Source: Callorhinchus milii | Lineage: Eukaryota | NCBI RefSeq assembly: GCF_018977255.1 | Contig: NW_024704742.1 | Span: forward strand, 86,926,001-86,990,000 | DNA: 64,000 nt | Reading direction: 5' to 3' | Shown here: in pieces, positions 36,855 to 50,288 of the stretch | How the letters are laid out: the number at the start of each line of letters is the position of its first letter | How positions within the stretch are numbered: the first letter of the stretch is position 1 | Notes under the pieces: generated by a model | The model's input: the letters and a program-made list of their open reading frames with translations, nothing else | The model's database searches: none | What the model was told of the DNA's origin: nothing | Made by a program: the position numbers and the translations under genes

Positions 36855-38302
36855 AAAAATCCAGGGGAATATTTAGGTAACGAACCCAGAAGATTGGGTT
36901 ACAAGAAAGGTCACATTATATGCAAAACATGAAAAAAAACATCTGATTTATGGTCAGTCAGGTTACCACTAGCGAAGCTTCCCACAAGTTGCATGATCAT
37001 GAGCTATGCAAAGCTGCAATGCGCAAATAGAAACAACCAGGAAATTGGCCAGATGTTTAGCATAGTAAGCTGGCTAGCCAGCAGCAAAGCCAGGTGTACT
37101 GAACTTCCGGCTAGAGCAGGCCACAGCACACCAGCACCATAGCGGATGAAAGGGTGGGGGAGAAGAGAGTTTGAGCGAGTTATTACACACACCTACACAT
37201 ACACACTCAACTCAGCTTTGGACCTTCAAAAAAAACAACATGAAACACAGCCACCTCGAATATTTAACAATAGTTTGCTTTGACTAACCACAAAGTCAAA
37301 ATTACCTCCCCCAACACCCGCCCAAGAAAACACAAGCAATTTTTTTATTGTAATGCCATTTTTGATGATTGTTAATGGAATGTTTTTCCACCAACATTAA
37401 AAAACACCTCATTTCAATGTATAAAATATGGCCTCCCTGTGTTGGTATACTGAAATATGCAACAATTTGCACTGATATAGATCTTTCACATAAGGAGAAT
37501 GTCTTAAAGCCCAAGACTCAATGACTGAAGAGGAACCCAAAGTGGAAGGGAGATGGGAGAGGTAGTGTTGGCAGCCAAAAGAGCAGTCAAGGAGATATAT
37601 TTCTAGTTGAAGGAGTGAGGTGGAGGGATGGGAAGAGAGTCTTGGAGGACAGGAGCAAACGGACTGAATGTTCATCTGCTGATGTTGGAGGGGAGGGCAT
37701 GAAGTAGGACAGAGTGGGATAGATAAGATTCAAGCGTTTTGTGACGCTAACCCATGTGGAGGGCGCTAAATTAATGCAAGTTGTTGTTGAGTTGGAGGTG
37801 CAATGAGAATGGTCTGGGGAGTAGATTACAACAACAATTTGTATTTATATAGCGCCCTTCACATGGGGTAGCGTCCTTGAGCGCTTGATAGGATCCTGGA
37901 GATTGGTAGTAAATTTACGTTGAGTTTTTAAAAGTTCGTAAATTTTATTTTCCATTAACAATTTGTTCTCAGAACAACTGGAAATTGAAATACCTGTTGG
38001 GTTTGATATACGTTTCTTATTTTTAATTTACGAGTTGTGTAGGAGTTCGCACAAGACAATTGCTAGAGATTTGGCACAATTTCTGACAATGTTTATCACT
38101 TTCAAATGGTGATGGATAAACCAGTTAAACTCCATTCACGCTTGGCTAATTGGGCTGCAGGGGACAACTCCAAGGTCTAACAATTTAGCAATTGCAAAGA
38201 TGCTCAAGTGACAGAGAGCAATACATGGGTGTCACATTCATGACAACAGGCAATCCTCCATTCTTGTTTTCTCTCTCTCTCACTTACATTTTACTGATAC
38301 CA

Positions 38303-38719
38303 CAATAATAATATTTGTATTTGATATAGTGCCTTAACACGGTCATCAAAACATCTCAAACTGCTTCACAGGATTCACTGTAAAGTGTAGTGGCTGCATT
38401 TTGTCAGAGACCACGGTAGCCAATTTGCACACAGCAACATCCCACAAACTGCCATGGAGTAAGTTAACAATTGTTATCATCTGGAGGATTGTTGGACAAG
38501 ACACCCTTCTCTTTTTGAACAGTGCCAGGGGATCTTAAAGTCCACATGAACAGGCAGACAGGACTTGGTTTAAACGTCTCATATGAAGGATGGCTACTCC
38601 AATAATCCCAATAGATATATTGATGTGACAGCCTAAACTGTGTAAATTCCGGTGTTGGGTGTGATCCACAACCCTCTGATTCAGAGGCAAGAGTGCTACT
38701 AACTGAACCAGGCTGACAC
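38303..38719 (-). mobile_element. DeuSINE, full length
   Basis: Head gtgtcagcctggttcagttagtagcactcttgcctctgaatcagagggttgtggatc, Deu core and tail. Confidence 0.8.
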
Positions 38720-40794
38720 AGTCATAACAAGTGTCGCAAAACACTGCTGAGAGGTTTCAATTGATTTGGCACTTGAAAAGAAAGCAGCACCAATGTGATC
38801 TCTAAGATTGATTTCAAATTTCTGAATTAACAAAATGTGAATGTCAAAGTTCCGTTACATAAAAGTGGGATTAGAAACGATGACTGCAAAAACACGATAT
38901 TTTAAATTGTATGCTAATGTCCAATTAAACCTCTTTCAATGGTACAGCTTCAATCACACTTTTCTAGATTTACACAAGAATCACTGGCTTTGCTGGGCCA
39001 TATTACAGATGCTCATCAGGTACAATAGCCCTTTCAGTTCAAAAAGAGGCAGCTGTGGATTTAGAGCTCATCAGAAAGCAATGTGAAGGTTAATGAAATT
39101 GCATTGAGGTTGTTCGTTTAATTGCTTCACAATTTGAAAGAAATACTGTTATTTTAAATACACGGGGGGAAAAAATGGCACTGCTTATATTAAATTCTCC
39201 ATCGGCGAATTATTTGTCCATTTGAATTTGTATATGGAACCATGCAGCAATATCGCCCTCTCACCTTCACCCCATCTTCTTAGCACATTCTTTAATGGAT
39301 CTCTGTTCAGACAAGTTTGCTCTACTTTTCTTGCCGAGCTCAAGCGATGCATGCTTCATCTGAACGTGAGGTAAATTCTCTCCAAAGGAACTAATGTGCA
39401 CTTGTTCTTGAATTTGTTCAAACTAAAATCAATCTGTTCATGTACAAATTAAACCAATTTGTGTACCCAATTGGCCTTGTTCCTTTCTAGATCATGATAT
39501 TTCATTTAAATATTATAATGCTGTAGACAATTTCATAGTGCACTCAGATTCTGGATGAGCCTATCCCATATATAATATCTGTTGCTCACCTCAGTTATCC
39601 TCTATCCTCCTCTATGAATTAAAAGTGCTCCTATACAAAATGAAATCATAAAAGTGCTGTCTGAGATGGAAACAATTAAGTGACTGACAATTACTTAGCC
39701 TTATTAGATTCAGATTCACCAGTGAATCACCCTAATGCATCACTCTAAGCCCTCAGTGGGAATCCTCATCAAGAAAAACAGAGTGATCTCAGCTGGAAAG
39801 TTTTACATCTAATTCTGACACTTCTGAGATCACAAAATGCCATCCCAACACTGTAAAGCTGCTTAGTAATAACAATAATCCTTGCATTTGATGTAGTGCC
39901 TTATCACATCGTTGAAGGGTCTCAAAGTGCTTCACAGAATATACTGTAAAGTGGATTGACTGTGTTTGTGGGTGAAACAATTTAACCTTGTCTAAAACCT
40001 GTTTACATGAATGTAATTTGTTGTTGTTTTTGTTTAACCCCGTCCCTAAAATCTGAAGCACCCAACATTAAGTGCACTTTGAGCTGCCCATCTTGGATTA
40101 GATGTGTTGTCTGCAGATGTTATCTTCGATATACTGTACATTTCATGGACACAAGCTTTCCATGCTGTTAATCCTTTTTCTAAAATGAGTGTTCCAAAAT
40201 CCTTCAATGCTTAAAATAGACGAGTTACAGAAAATTCTCTACATATTTTCACAGCAAGCTGAAAATAAACAGAGAAGGGAGCATCTCCCACTGAGCCAGC
40301 CAACAATACCCCAGATAAAAATTGGTTATTCACTTCATGAGTAGTGTGGGATATTGCTATGTGCAAATTGACTACAGTATTTACTTACAAAACACAGTCA
40401 CTACAATTCACAATAACAGTGCTGTGAAATGCTCGAGACATTTTGACGTTAGGAATAATGCGCTATATCAAATACAAGATTTATTATTTTGTTTAAATGC
40501 CTCAAGATTTTCGTAATTTGTTACATTTGATTAGTCAAAATGAAATGCTATTGAGGTCAGAGATTACCACAGGTTGCTCACTAGGTGATGCCAATAAATG
40601 TTCTACAATCTATTCCCACAATCTCATTATGTACTTTATGCTTCTGATTTATATGAACACAAACCCAGCAAGTAATGTGAATGCTTCAGAAGTTGTAGTA
40701 GATTTGCTGTGCGTAGCCTTTAATGCTGATCTCAGTTCTTGCAAATTAGAATGGATTTAGAAGGTTATCATTTATTCTTTAATTACTCAAATTA

Positions 40795-40967
40795 CAGTGA
40801 ACTCCTGATAACTCAACTGTGGCTTAATTGTACGGCTACTTAAATCATCATGCTGTCAATATCCCAACTGCATTATTTATGTATTTATACATATGCCTAA
40901 CTCACCATTCTGGATAACCTGTCACGGAGCCCTTTTCCCTTAGCGATGAGTTAGCAGGAATTTACTG
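40795..40967. mobile_element. Tc1/mariner (Tigger/pogo-type) MITE, 173 bp
   Basis: TIRs cagtgaactcctgataactca / tgagttagcaggaatttactg match at 18/21, with TA on both flanks. Confidence 0.8.
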
Positions 40968-42607
40968 TATTTGTGTCCTCTTCTCATTAATAATGGATTT
41001 ACCATCATTCTGTACATCAGAATTATCGTAGCATACAGAAGTGGCAAAGCCATCTTAAAGACTGGAACAGCTTACAGTATCTGCTGTGCAATGAGTACTT
41101 AAAAATAATGCTCTTTTAGCTTGAAGGCAATTTAGATAGACCAATGCTTCAAATTACTTTGGCAATTGCAAATAGACCATTAACAGGCTGCAAGCATGCC
41201 CTGGCAAGACCATTATAATATGAGTAGATATACTGTATATAAAAGCCACCTTGCCTGTTCTGCTGTGTATTCATTTAAAATTCCTCCTCCGTAAGGCTTG
41301 GACACATCTTGTTTCAAAACGGCACAAATTCGAATCTGGTATCCCAATCTTAAAATCACAACCCTTGTAACCTTACTACACAGCACTTCCTATTCTTTTT
41401 ATATTATATCAGGATTAGGCTGTCAGCGCTAATCATCAAAAAGTCCAGAGTATGTCAGAGTGGTGAATGTCACGAAAGATTCTGTGGAATGCGCAACAAA
41501 TATTTCAACAGAAGCTAATTACTCCTAACAAAACGCACAATACTGTTGGCTAACAAAACACACCAACAAACCACCCTGAAATGGCATTCAAAGTTCAATC
41601 ATGTATATTATTACTACAGGATTGTTAGCTCTGTCACATTTTTAAGCAACAATTCCAGCACTTGCCTGCAGCACTTATAATTAATGCTAGGATTCATATT
41701 TTCATGTTTGGATTAAGTCAATTCAGTCGGTGATGGGGGGGGGAGAAAGGAGTTGGCATTTGATGTTCTGTGTGAACCATTCAAATACTAATCTTTTTAA
41801 ATTCAACAATTTGAAGAAATACTTTGTACTCATTACATAGAATTCGAGTCGATTTACTACAAAAACAATATCCTTAAAAGTAAATGTATAAAAATAATCA
41901 TTGCATTTCATATAACTCCTTTTCACAATGTTGAGCCATCTCAAAGCACTTCACAGAATACACTTTAAAGTTAATTAACTGTTTAGTTTGTGGGCGAAAA
42001 GTGGCAGCCAACTGTTAACAGTGGTGTCCCACAAACAGTCAAAGATTGAATGACAATTTTTTTAAAAAAATACATCATTATTTAATATTATCACATGTTG
42101 TGCTGTAGTGACAACATGCTGCAGTAAAAGGGAGAACTTAAAAAAAAGTTTCAAGTCCAATCCAAGTTATAAATATTTTCTGCCAAATATTACAAATTCA
42201 GCAGTGTGGAAATTCACTGATGCTGCAAAGAGTCCTGTATCAAGTGAACTGCAAAGACAGCAGCACTGTGTGCAATATAAGCACAAGATCTGCAAGTGAC
42301 ATGTTTTCTGTGGATTGTGGGAAGCTACAATAATGATGAGGAAGTCCTGATAATGATCACTGTAGGCACTACTTGGATCCATTACACTTCAAAGATTCTA
42401 AAAGAATGATTGTTACAGTTCTTGGCTGTTAGCATAAATACCTTATATTTTATACTTCCTGGAATGACACTCCAGACATTGCCAACATGAAGTTCAACTA
42501 AAATACTCGGGATCCACACCTGTATTCAGAAAAAACTATTTTTACTTGCTTTTTCCTCTTCTCCCCCTTATACACCAATTTTATCTCATCGGGAAATCTT
42601 TTTAAAA

Positions 42608-42921
42608 AATAAATAATAATCCTTGCATTTGATATAGCGCTTTTCACGTTGGGAGGACGTCCCAAAGCGCTTCACAGAACACACTGTAAAGTGAATTGAC
42701 TGTATATTTGTGGGCGAACGCGACAGCCAATTGCGCACAGCAATGTCCCACAAACAGTCGTAGATTGAAAATCACCAATTTATTATTGTTTTTGGTTTTG
42801 GAGGGATTATTATTAGACGTGTGGAGTAAGGAAACTTGCCCAAGGTTTCGCCCTGCCTGGAATTGAACTCAGGTCTCTCGCTTACAAAGCGAGTGCTCTA
42901 ACCACTGAGCTACAGGACTCC
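42608..42921 (-). mobile_element. Young full-length tRNA-SINE
   Basis: Near-identical to the 1284 and 24044 copies. Confidence 0.92.
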
Positions 42922-43905
42922 ACAAAGTTGATTTGCTATGAACTTTCTTTGGATGCCCTTCTCTTTTTGCCTAGTGACGTGAGATCTTTAACCCCCATCT
43001 GACCAGGCAAATGGGAGCTTAATTTAACATTTCTGTTGGATACTAATTAATATATAAGGAACAATTGCCTATGACCAATGGAAGGAAATCAGGAGGGATA
43101 GAAAAGCAGGCAGCAGAGCGAACTGAGTAGAGGGTGTTTGGTGTGACTGTTGGATTGTGTAACTGGAGACCTAAAATAAAAAAGTGTTCTACACATTGTT
43201 TGTTGAGAACGTGATAGTCTCATGCAAAGAATGGCATCTGACTATAACACCATATTGGAGTGTCAGCCTGGATTAAGGGAGTTTGAAATCCCAACATGGG
43301 GTGAGAATCCACATCTTCTGAGTCAGAGGCAAGAGTGCTACCAAATTGAGCTAGGCTGACGCACAATGTAGGATAGGGTATCTTACATTCAACAAATGAA
43401 GTGCAGGACAAAATGTACGAAATGAGTCTGACTTGCTTATCCTCAATCAATACAGCCGCTACAAAAGCAAAAGTGCCAAGTGGCTGATTTTCTTCAAACT
43501 TCAAAACCAGGAAGAAGGAACCAACAATGCACCATTTCTAGTTACAAAAATGTAACACTTGAAATTTGATACAACATCTATAATGTTGAAATATCTCAAA
43601 TTGTTTCATAGACACTTGCTGTCAAGTGTAGAAACCATTTGTAGGCAAGCGCTACAGCTAATTTGCACATGCCAAGCACACAGCCTTGAAGTGAATGACC
43701 AATTTATCAGGACGACTGTGGTCCAGGAACAGCAGCTTGCATTGATGAAACACTTTTGACGTAAAAAGAACATCTTAAGGTGTTTAACAAATGTAGTACT
43801 ACAAATGATATGGAGCAGCGAAATAGATTTAAAGATATTGAACCAAAAGTCACAGTCAAAGAGACGCAACTTATAGGCTACGTTTGAAGTCAGGGAGAGG
43901 GGTAG

Positions 43906-44744
43906 CAAAGATATAGACAGAATGGTAAAATGGACAGACACATGGCAGATGAAATTCACTGTAGAGAAATGCGAAGTAATGCATTTTGGTAGAAAGAATG
44001 AGGGGAGGCAATACACGCTAGGTAATACAATCTTAAAGGGGGTAAAAGAACAGAGAGACCTAGGGGTGCAGGTAAATGAATCCTTGAAGGTGGCAGGACA
44101 GGTAGATAAGGCTGCAAAAAGGGCAAATGGGATTCTAGGCTTTATAAAAAGGGACATAGAGTACAAGAGTCAGGAGGTTATGGTTAACTATATAAAACAC
44201 TTGTTAGGCCACAGTTAGAATACTGCGCCCAGTTCTGGGCACTACACTATAGGAAGGATGTTAAGGCATTGGAAAGAGTACGTAGGAGATTTACGAGGAT
44301 GGTACCAGGAATGAGGGACCTTGATTATGAGGAAAGGTTAGAGAGGCTGGGATTATTCTCATTGGAGCAGAGAAGGTTACGAGGAGACCTAATAGAGGTC
44401 TTCAAAATCATGAGGGGATTTGATAGGTTGGAAAGGGAAAAACTGTTTCCACTGACTCGAGGTCACAGATTCAAAATAGTCTCTAAAAGAAGCAGAGGGG
44501 AGGGGAGAATTTTTTTTTCACTCAGCGAGTTGTTCGAATCTGGAACGCATTGCCTGAAAGAGTGGTCGAGGCCGATTCGATAACTACTTTTAAAAACGCA
44601 GTGGATGGGTATTTGAGGAGGACGGGTTTGCAGGGTTATGGGGAAAGGGCTGGGAAGTGGGATTGACATTAATTGCTCTATTCAAAGAGCCGGCACAGAC
44701 TCGATGGACCGAATGGCCTCTTTTTGTGCTGTACAATTCTATGA
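43906..44744 (+). mobile_element. CR1 LINE 3' ~840 bp
   Basis: WQMKFTVEKCEVMHFG...RDLGV...ANGILGFIKR and RLGLFSLEQRRLRGDLIEVFKIM; 3' end gatggaccgaatggcctc...attctatga. Confidence 0.93.
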
Positions 44745-44748
44745 AAGT

Positions 44749-45249
44749 GGGGTCCTGTAGTAAACACATGTTGCTGCTGTTTGAGGTGGAAGCGGAGGAC
44801 CCACATGCTGTCCTTGTGGGGATGGAGTTGTAGAGGGACTGAACCTGTAGTTTACAGGAGAGGGAATATCCTGTAGTATATTGGTTAGTGCACTCGCCTC
44901 ACAAGCGAGAGGACCCGGGTTCAATTTCTGGCCAGGGCAAAATCTGAGGCGAGTTTCTTTACCCTACAAGCCTCTGTATGTAATTTGTTGTTGTTTACCT
45001 AGCAATAAGTAGGAATCCTGTTATTAGTTGATTGGCGGATTGGTTTCCGGACATAATAATCCTTTAAAAAATAATAATAATTTGGTGACTCAATCCACGA
45101 CTGTTTGTGGGACACTACTGTGCGCAATTGCCTGCTTTTTTTCACCCACAAAATGTACATTCAATTCAATTGACAATATATTTTGGGAAGAGTTTTGAGA
45201 TGTCTCAACGAGGTGAAAAGGCGATAAATGAAATGCAAGGATTATTATA
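44749..45249 (+). mobile_element. tRNA-SINE, long subfamily with Val(CAC)-like head, head interrupted at 44763-44868
   Basis: ggggtcctgtagta ... tcctgtagtatattggttagtgcactcgcctcacaagcgagaggacccgggttcaa. Confidence 0.8.
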
Positions 45250-47907
45250 AGTAACATGGCTTTGGATATTAGGGGCATAGCCGCTGAAGATTCCATCATA
45301 GGTGGAGAAATCATAGAAATTTACAGTAAAGAATGAGGCCATTCAGCCCATCAAATCTCCACCAGCGCTTGGAACAAAGTGTCCATTCAATCCCACAACC
45401 CTGCCATAACCCCAAACCCCTGCCATAACCCCAATCCCCTTCAAGGGAGTGGGGGAGGGATCAACAGACTAGAGTCATAAGGACAAGTGGGTACTGGCAG
45501 GAAAAATATTGCATTGAATACAGAACAAAAGCATGGAGAGATTTGAAGATAAGGATCTTAAAATTCAGTCCTTTGAGCTACTTGTGCCCAAGTAGCTCAG
45601 GAAGGGTGGGAGGGAGAGAGCTCAGGCTGTATAGTTCCGGATCTGATAAAGCATTTGGAAAATAGAGCTGTGGAGGCCAGCAAAGGAGAACATTGGGAAA
45701 TCTTGAACAGAATGCCCCAGTAGACAGTTGCTTCAAGTGCCACCTAAAGTATTGGTTGAGGAACATGGATACGACTGTGGCAGAATATGTTTGAACCTTA
45801 CCTCCAGCTGCCACTTGGAAATAAGCATGCTATACTTTATCAATTTAGTAATACAATGATTTTACCTAAACCTCAATTTGCGTAGCAATGATTAGTCTTG
45901 ATCATTCCTATATTATTATAACAATCCTAACAGCTTTCATGTTGGGAGGATGTCTCAAAGATCTTCAAAGGATTTACTGTAAAGTATTTTGACTGAATTA
46001 TAATATGGTTAATTTTGAGCCATTTCTTCTACGCCTATACCAAAATACTTAAACTAACCCCCCAACTGCAGCACTTCAAAGAGTTCGGTCTTGCAAAGCA
46101 CCAGACAATTACAACTCTGACCTGAGCATTCAAGCTCCTGTTTCTGCCAGTGGTAAATCAAACCTACAAGACCCACTTCTGATCATTGAAAAAGTCTTAA
46201 TATTTATTTAAGTCATGAATTTTTCTTGCCAAGGCCTCGTTTTTGAAAGTCTACTCAATCCTCAAAAGCGTCCTCCCTCACCAGGTTTTCAGAATAACCT
46301 ACTCCTGGTCGAGTTGTGATCACCTACAATCAAGCTAAAGTAATAACAATGATCAAAGCACGCACAAAACTCATTTACACAACCCAAATTGCAGCAATTA
46401 GTCCCAGATGGAGTATCTTTAAAACTCAATTTCACTGTTCCTGAGCTATTTGCTGCCAATGATCTCAGACGATCTCTGCTTTCCAAGAACAGCTTTTGCT
46501 GATGTTAAACAATGGGGAAAATGGTTTTCATAGGAAATCTTCAAATTGACACCCTTTGATACAGTGCTGCCTTGCTTATAGCGCTGATTTACTGTGGGGG
46601 CTCCGCCAACTATACTATAAATGGAGTAATCCAGCTTTGGTGTTGATAGGCTGATTTAGTATGCTAAAAATGGCCAATTTCTATGTTATCAGATTGCTGT
46701 TGACATCAATTCCTGTGCACTGTATGCATGTGCACTAGAGCCTTGGGACGTCCTCCTGACATGAAAGGCGCTATACAAATGAAAATTTGTTGTTGTGCAA
46801 TCAATTAGCATTATAACTCATTTTCTGCTTGTTGTGACTTAAGAGGGCTGCCCAAGACTGACAAGACAGGGTAGAGGAGAGTGATTCCCAGTACTGGAGC
46901 ACGTAATAGAGGGATGAGCTACAAGGAATGAGACAAGCTAGGGCTCTTCAGTCTTGGAAAGAGATGATCCAAGGGACCTAACAGGTTTACAAGATTTTAA
47001 AAGGAATTGAGAAACCCAGAGCAGTACCTGGCTCAGGCTGAATCTTTTGAAACTACTTGAAGCATCTAATGGGCCAAGAAATGGAAAATATAAAAAAAAA
47101 TCATTGAAAAATCTTAACTAATGGAGACACATCTGAAGACATAAAAATGGGGAAAGCAGCAATGAGACTTTTCAGTATTTAGTTTACTTTAACACATTCT
47201 GAATTTTTTTTCCAAAATATTAAATTTTTGTTAGGAAATATACATAAATAGATTACTTCCACACAGCACATGTTTTGATTCACATGAATGTTACTTTATG
47301 TCAACAACAACAATTTGCATTTATATAGTCCACCTTACACAGGGTAGAGTGCCAGAGTACAATAAAATAATCCACTCAAACAGACGTGTGGCAACCCTAG
47401 TTGTGAGCGGGGAGTTTAATCTCTGACCGATTAGGCTGTAAATGCCACCCTTTTCTGTAACTGCTGTAAATGTCGAAACCTCCCCGCCTCTCCCTAAATT
47501 CTTATCATTTAGCCTCAATTTACCGGCAACTCAACTGCTATGCAAATAAGCTCCGACAAACAGCGTACATGATGCATTAGAAGCACAAAACTGCATCAGG
47601 GGCCCTGATTTCATATCTGCGTGGAAATTAAGCAGCTATTTGGAATACCATCGTTACGATAAAAGCTTCAGCTTTATAGATTTGGTCCATTTTCCTTTGT
47701 ATACACTGGTTATCTCTGCCTTCACATCTTTGATAATTGTAACAAATGCAAAGCTGCCCCAATGTTTTTTCAGTTGTGTTCCTAAGATTGCATGAGCAAC
47801 ATTCTGCGCAATGGAAAATTTGCATCATCCAAGTAGCAGCAGGTTAATCGTCAAACATGACTGACAACAGAAAACACTCTTTTTTTAAAAAAAAGTTAAA
47901 TGAAATA

Positions 47908-48078
47908 CAGTAAAACTCGCATAGGTCTGATCTGTATAAATCATATAATCACCCAAGTCCTACATCTGCCCAAGTCCTGTTGAATTTCCTAGTATTAATT
48001 AAGTTCCACATAACTCACTTTGCATTAATCATATTAAATGTATGGCCCTAAATGATAAGACTTCTGTTATGTTTACTG
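47908..48078. mobile_element. Older Tigger-type MITE, 171 bp
   Basis: ta|cagtaaaac ... gtttactg|ta; length nearly identical to the 40795 element. Confidence 0.6.
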
Positions 48079-49319
48079 TAGCCACCAGCTATAATTAAGT
48101 AGTCTATGTAACGAGAGAATACTTGGCAGATATCTTTTCAATGTAACCTTCAGAGAAGTGAATCCAAATCAATTCACAAGTTTTTGTTTGAAAAAAAAGT
48201 TACCTTGTTGTGGGATAAACTATCAAACACTGCTCTGGGCCGAGTGAGCAAGTTCCAGCCAGTGCAAGACAATAAAAATCCTGTGAAGTGCTTTGAGAAG
48301 TTTTGACAACATGATAAGTCACTATATCAAACGTAAGTGTTGTTATAAAAGTTTACTCGGAATTGGTTGCCGTACAGTAATATTTTGTGATCAGCTGTTT
48401 GGATCAACTCGATTCTGAAATTATCATCTTGGAGTAGTTTAGGAAACTGGACACAATCATGATCAGTGAAATAGGTATTCATTTAAGCAATGGAACCATA
48501 CTGAATCCAAAGAACCAAAGTCACTACACATCACAGTAAAATCACATGAACCGTTTTGAGACGTTTCGACAATGTGATATTGTTCTATATAAAAGGTGAG
48601 GATTATCATTATCTTGGGGTTATTATCCTAGGCAGAGCCAGTTCCTCAGATATCAAATCATAAATCAGACAGTAAACATTTATATTCAAATAAATCAACA
48701 TCCTTTTTACTTCTGAACACATATTTAGTTTTCAGGTGATTGAATAACTGGGTGAGCACTATTGCAGATTTAGCCAGTGCAGAGCTACAATGCTCTCTAG
48801 ACATACTGAATGAATGTAGTCTTGTACAATGACTTACTTACTCTTATATACAAAACAAAATACTTAACACTGCTGGGGCTGGGCTGAGGGTGGGAGTCAT
48901 TTCCTCTCAACAACACTGTAACCATTTTTCAATTGAAGTTACATCCAAAAGCTGCAACACTTAAATTGGTAAACTGATTTACACCAACAAAATCTTTAAA
49001 AATGTTAGCAACCATACAATAGAGATGAGAATTGCCTGATTTTAACAAATATAAATATTTTCAGTTTACAAAAAACACACCCACCTTCCCAAGTTTGCAT
49101 TAGAATATGAATAAGCAATAAGAAAGGAAACTCAAGGCTGTTAGCCCCACTACTTCCACAGAGAATGTAGTAATGCGCAGATCTTAGACTCCGCTAAACT
49201 TATTTGATCTGTGGCAGGTGAATAACTATAGGAGAATGTTAACAGATAAGTCTTGTGAATTCGTCACAATTTCCTCCCTCTCCTTTCCTCTGACCGAAAC
49301 CCCCAGACTACCTATTTAA

Positions 49320-49550
49320 CGTGACAAACTAAAGCTTAGAATCTATTCACTCAGTGTTGTTGGGATGTGGAATGCCTCGCCAAGTAAGGTGGTAGAAGAT
49401 TTGTAGGAGGTAAATCAACAGGTATATGAAGATTAGGGACTTGAAGAAGTATGGGAGGGCAGCGGGTTTGAAGTTGCAGCTTGCCTTGAGAGTCACTGCA
49501 GGATCTAAGGGCCGAATGGACTCCTTCTGCGCTGTAATTTTTATAATTCT
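49320..49550 (+). mobile_element. Old CR1 3' end
   Basis: gtggaatgcctcgcca...gtggtagaag...gggccgaatggactccttctgcgctgtaa. Confidence 0.7.
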
Positions 49551-50002
49551 TAATGCTGTACTTTCTCTTTAATGTTAAAATGAAAACTGTACTATGAACT
49601 AAAAATAATAATAGTAATCATTCAGAATTCACATGACAATATCACTGTATACTAAAGAGAATAACTTCCACATGTTTTGCTCATGTACAATGCTTTGTGT
49701 GGGGAAAAAAATCAGTTAACACTGTTAATGCAGGCAAAGCCTATTGCTTTTGCCAGGAGTGTGACTGAGATTTAGAGAGTTCAGTTAATGAACCAGATTA
49801 ATCTCCAATACAATGCAATGTACATTTATAGAGCTCCCTTCACATCAGGAGGTCGTCTCAAAGCCATGGACACTACTGTCTAGGCTCTCTAGCTGGTGTG
49901 GGGAGGGGAAAGTTGACCGAAAATCTTGAGATGCACCTTGAACAAGAGGGAAGGAGTCAGAGCAATTCTGGGATGGAATAGTAGAGAGCAGATATATTTC
50001 TA

Positions 50003-50288
50003 AAATGCAAATATTATTTTCATTTCTTCTAGATGTCTCAAAGCACTTCACAGGATATACTGCCAAGTGAATTGACTGTATATTTGTGGGCGAAATGCGG
50101 CAGCGAATTGTGCACAGCAATGTCCCACAAACAGTTGTGGATTGAAGTGACCAATTTTTTTTCTCTTGAGGGATTATTATCAGTTCCGTGGAGTAAAGAA
50201 ACTTACCCAAGGTTTCATCCTGCTGGGAATCAAACCCAGGTCTCTCGCTTGCAAGGCGAGTGCTCTAACCACTGAGCTACAGGACTCC
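50003..50288 (-). mobile_element. tRNA-SINE, short subfamily
   Basis: Head ending gagctacaggactcc on the plus strand; older tail type. Confidence 0.85.

Noticed and set aside
45284..45310. CTGAAGA-stem-GAAA hammerhead-like motif
   Set aside because: Extra unpaired base before helix II, no helix III/NUH or helix I, and the right side runs into a CR1 tail; likely chance.
48204..48280. Minus-strand donor CAAG|gtaact with an acceptor inside a SINE remnant
   Set aside because: The acceptor is the generic cttcacag present in every SINE copy; no other support.
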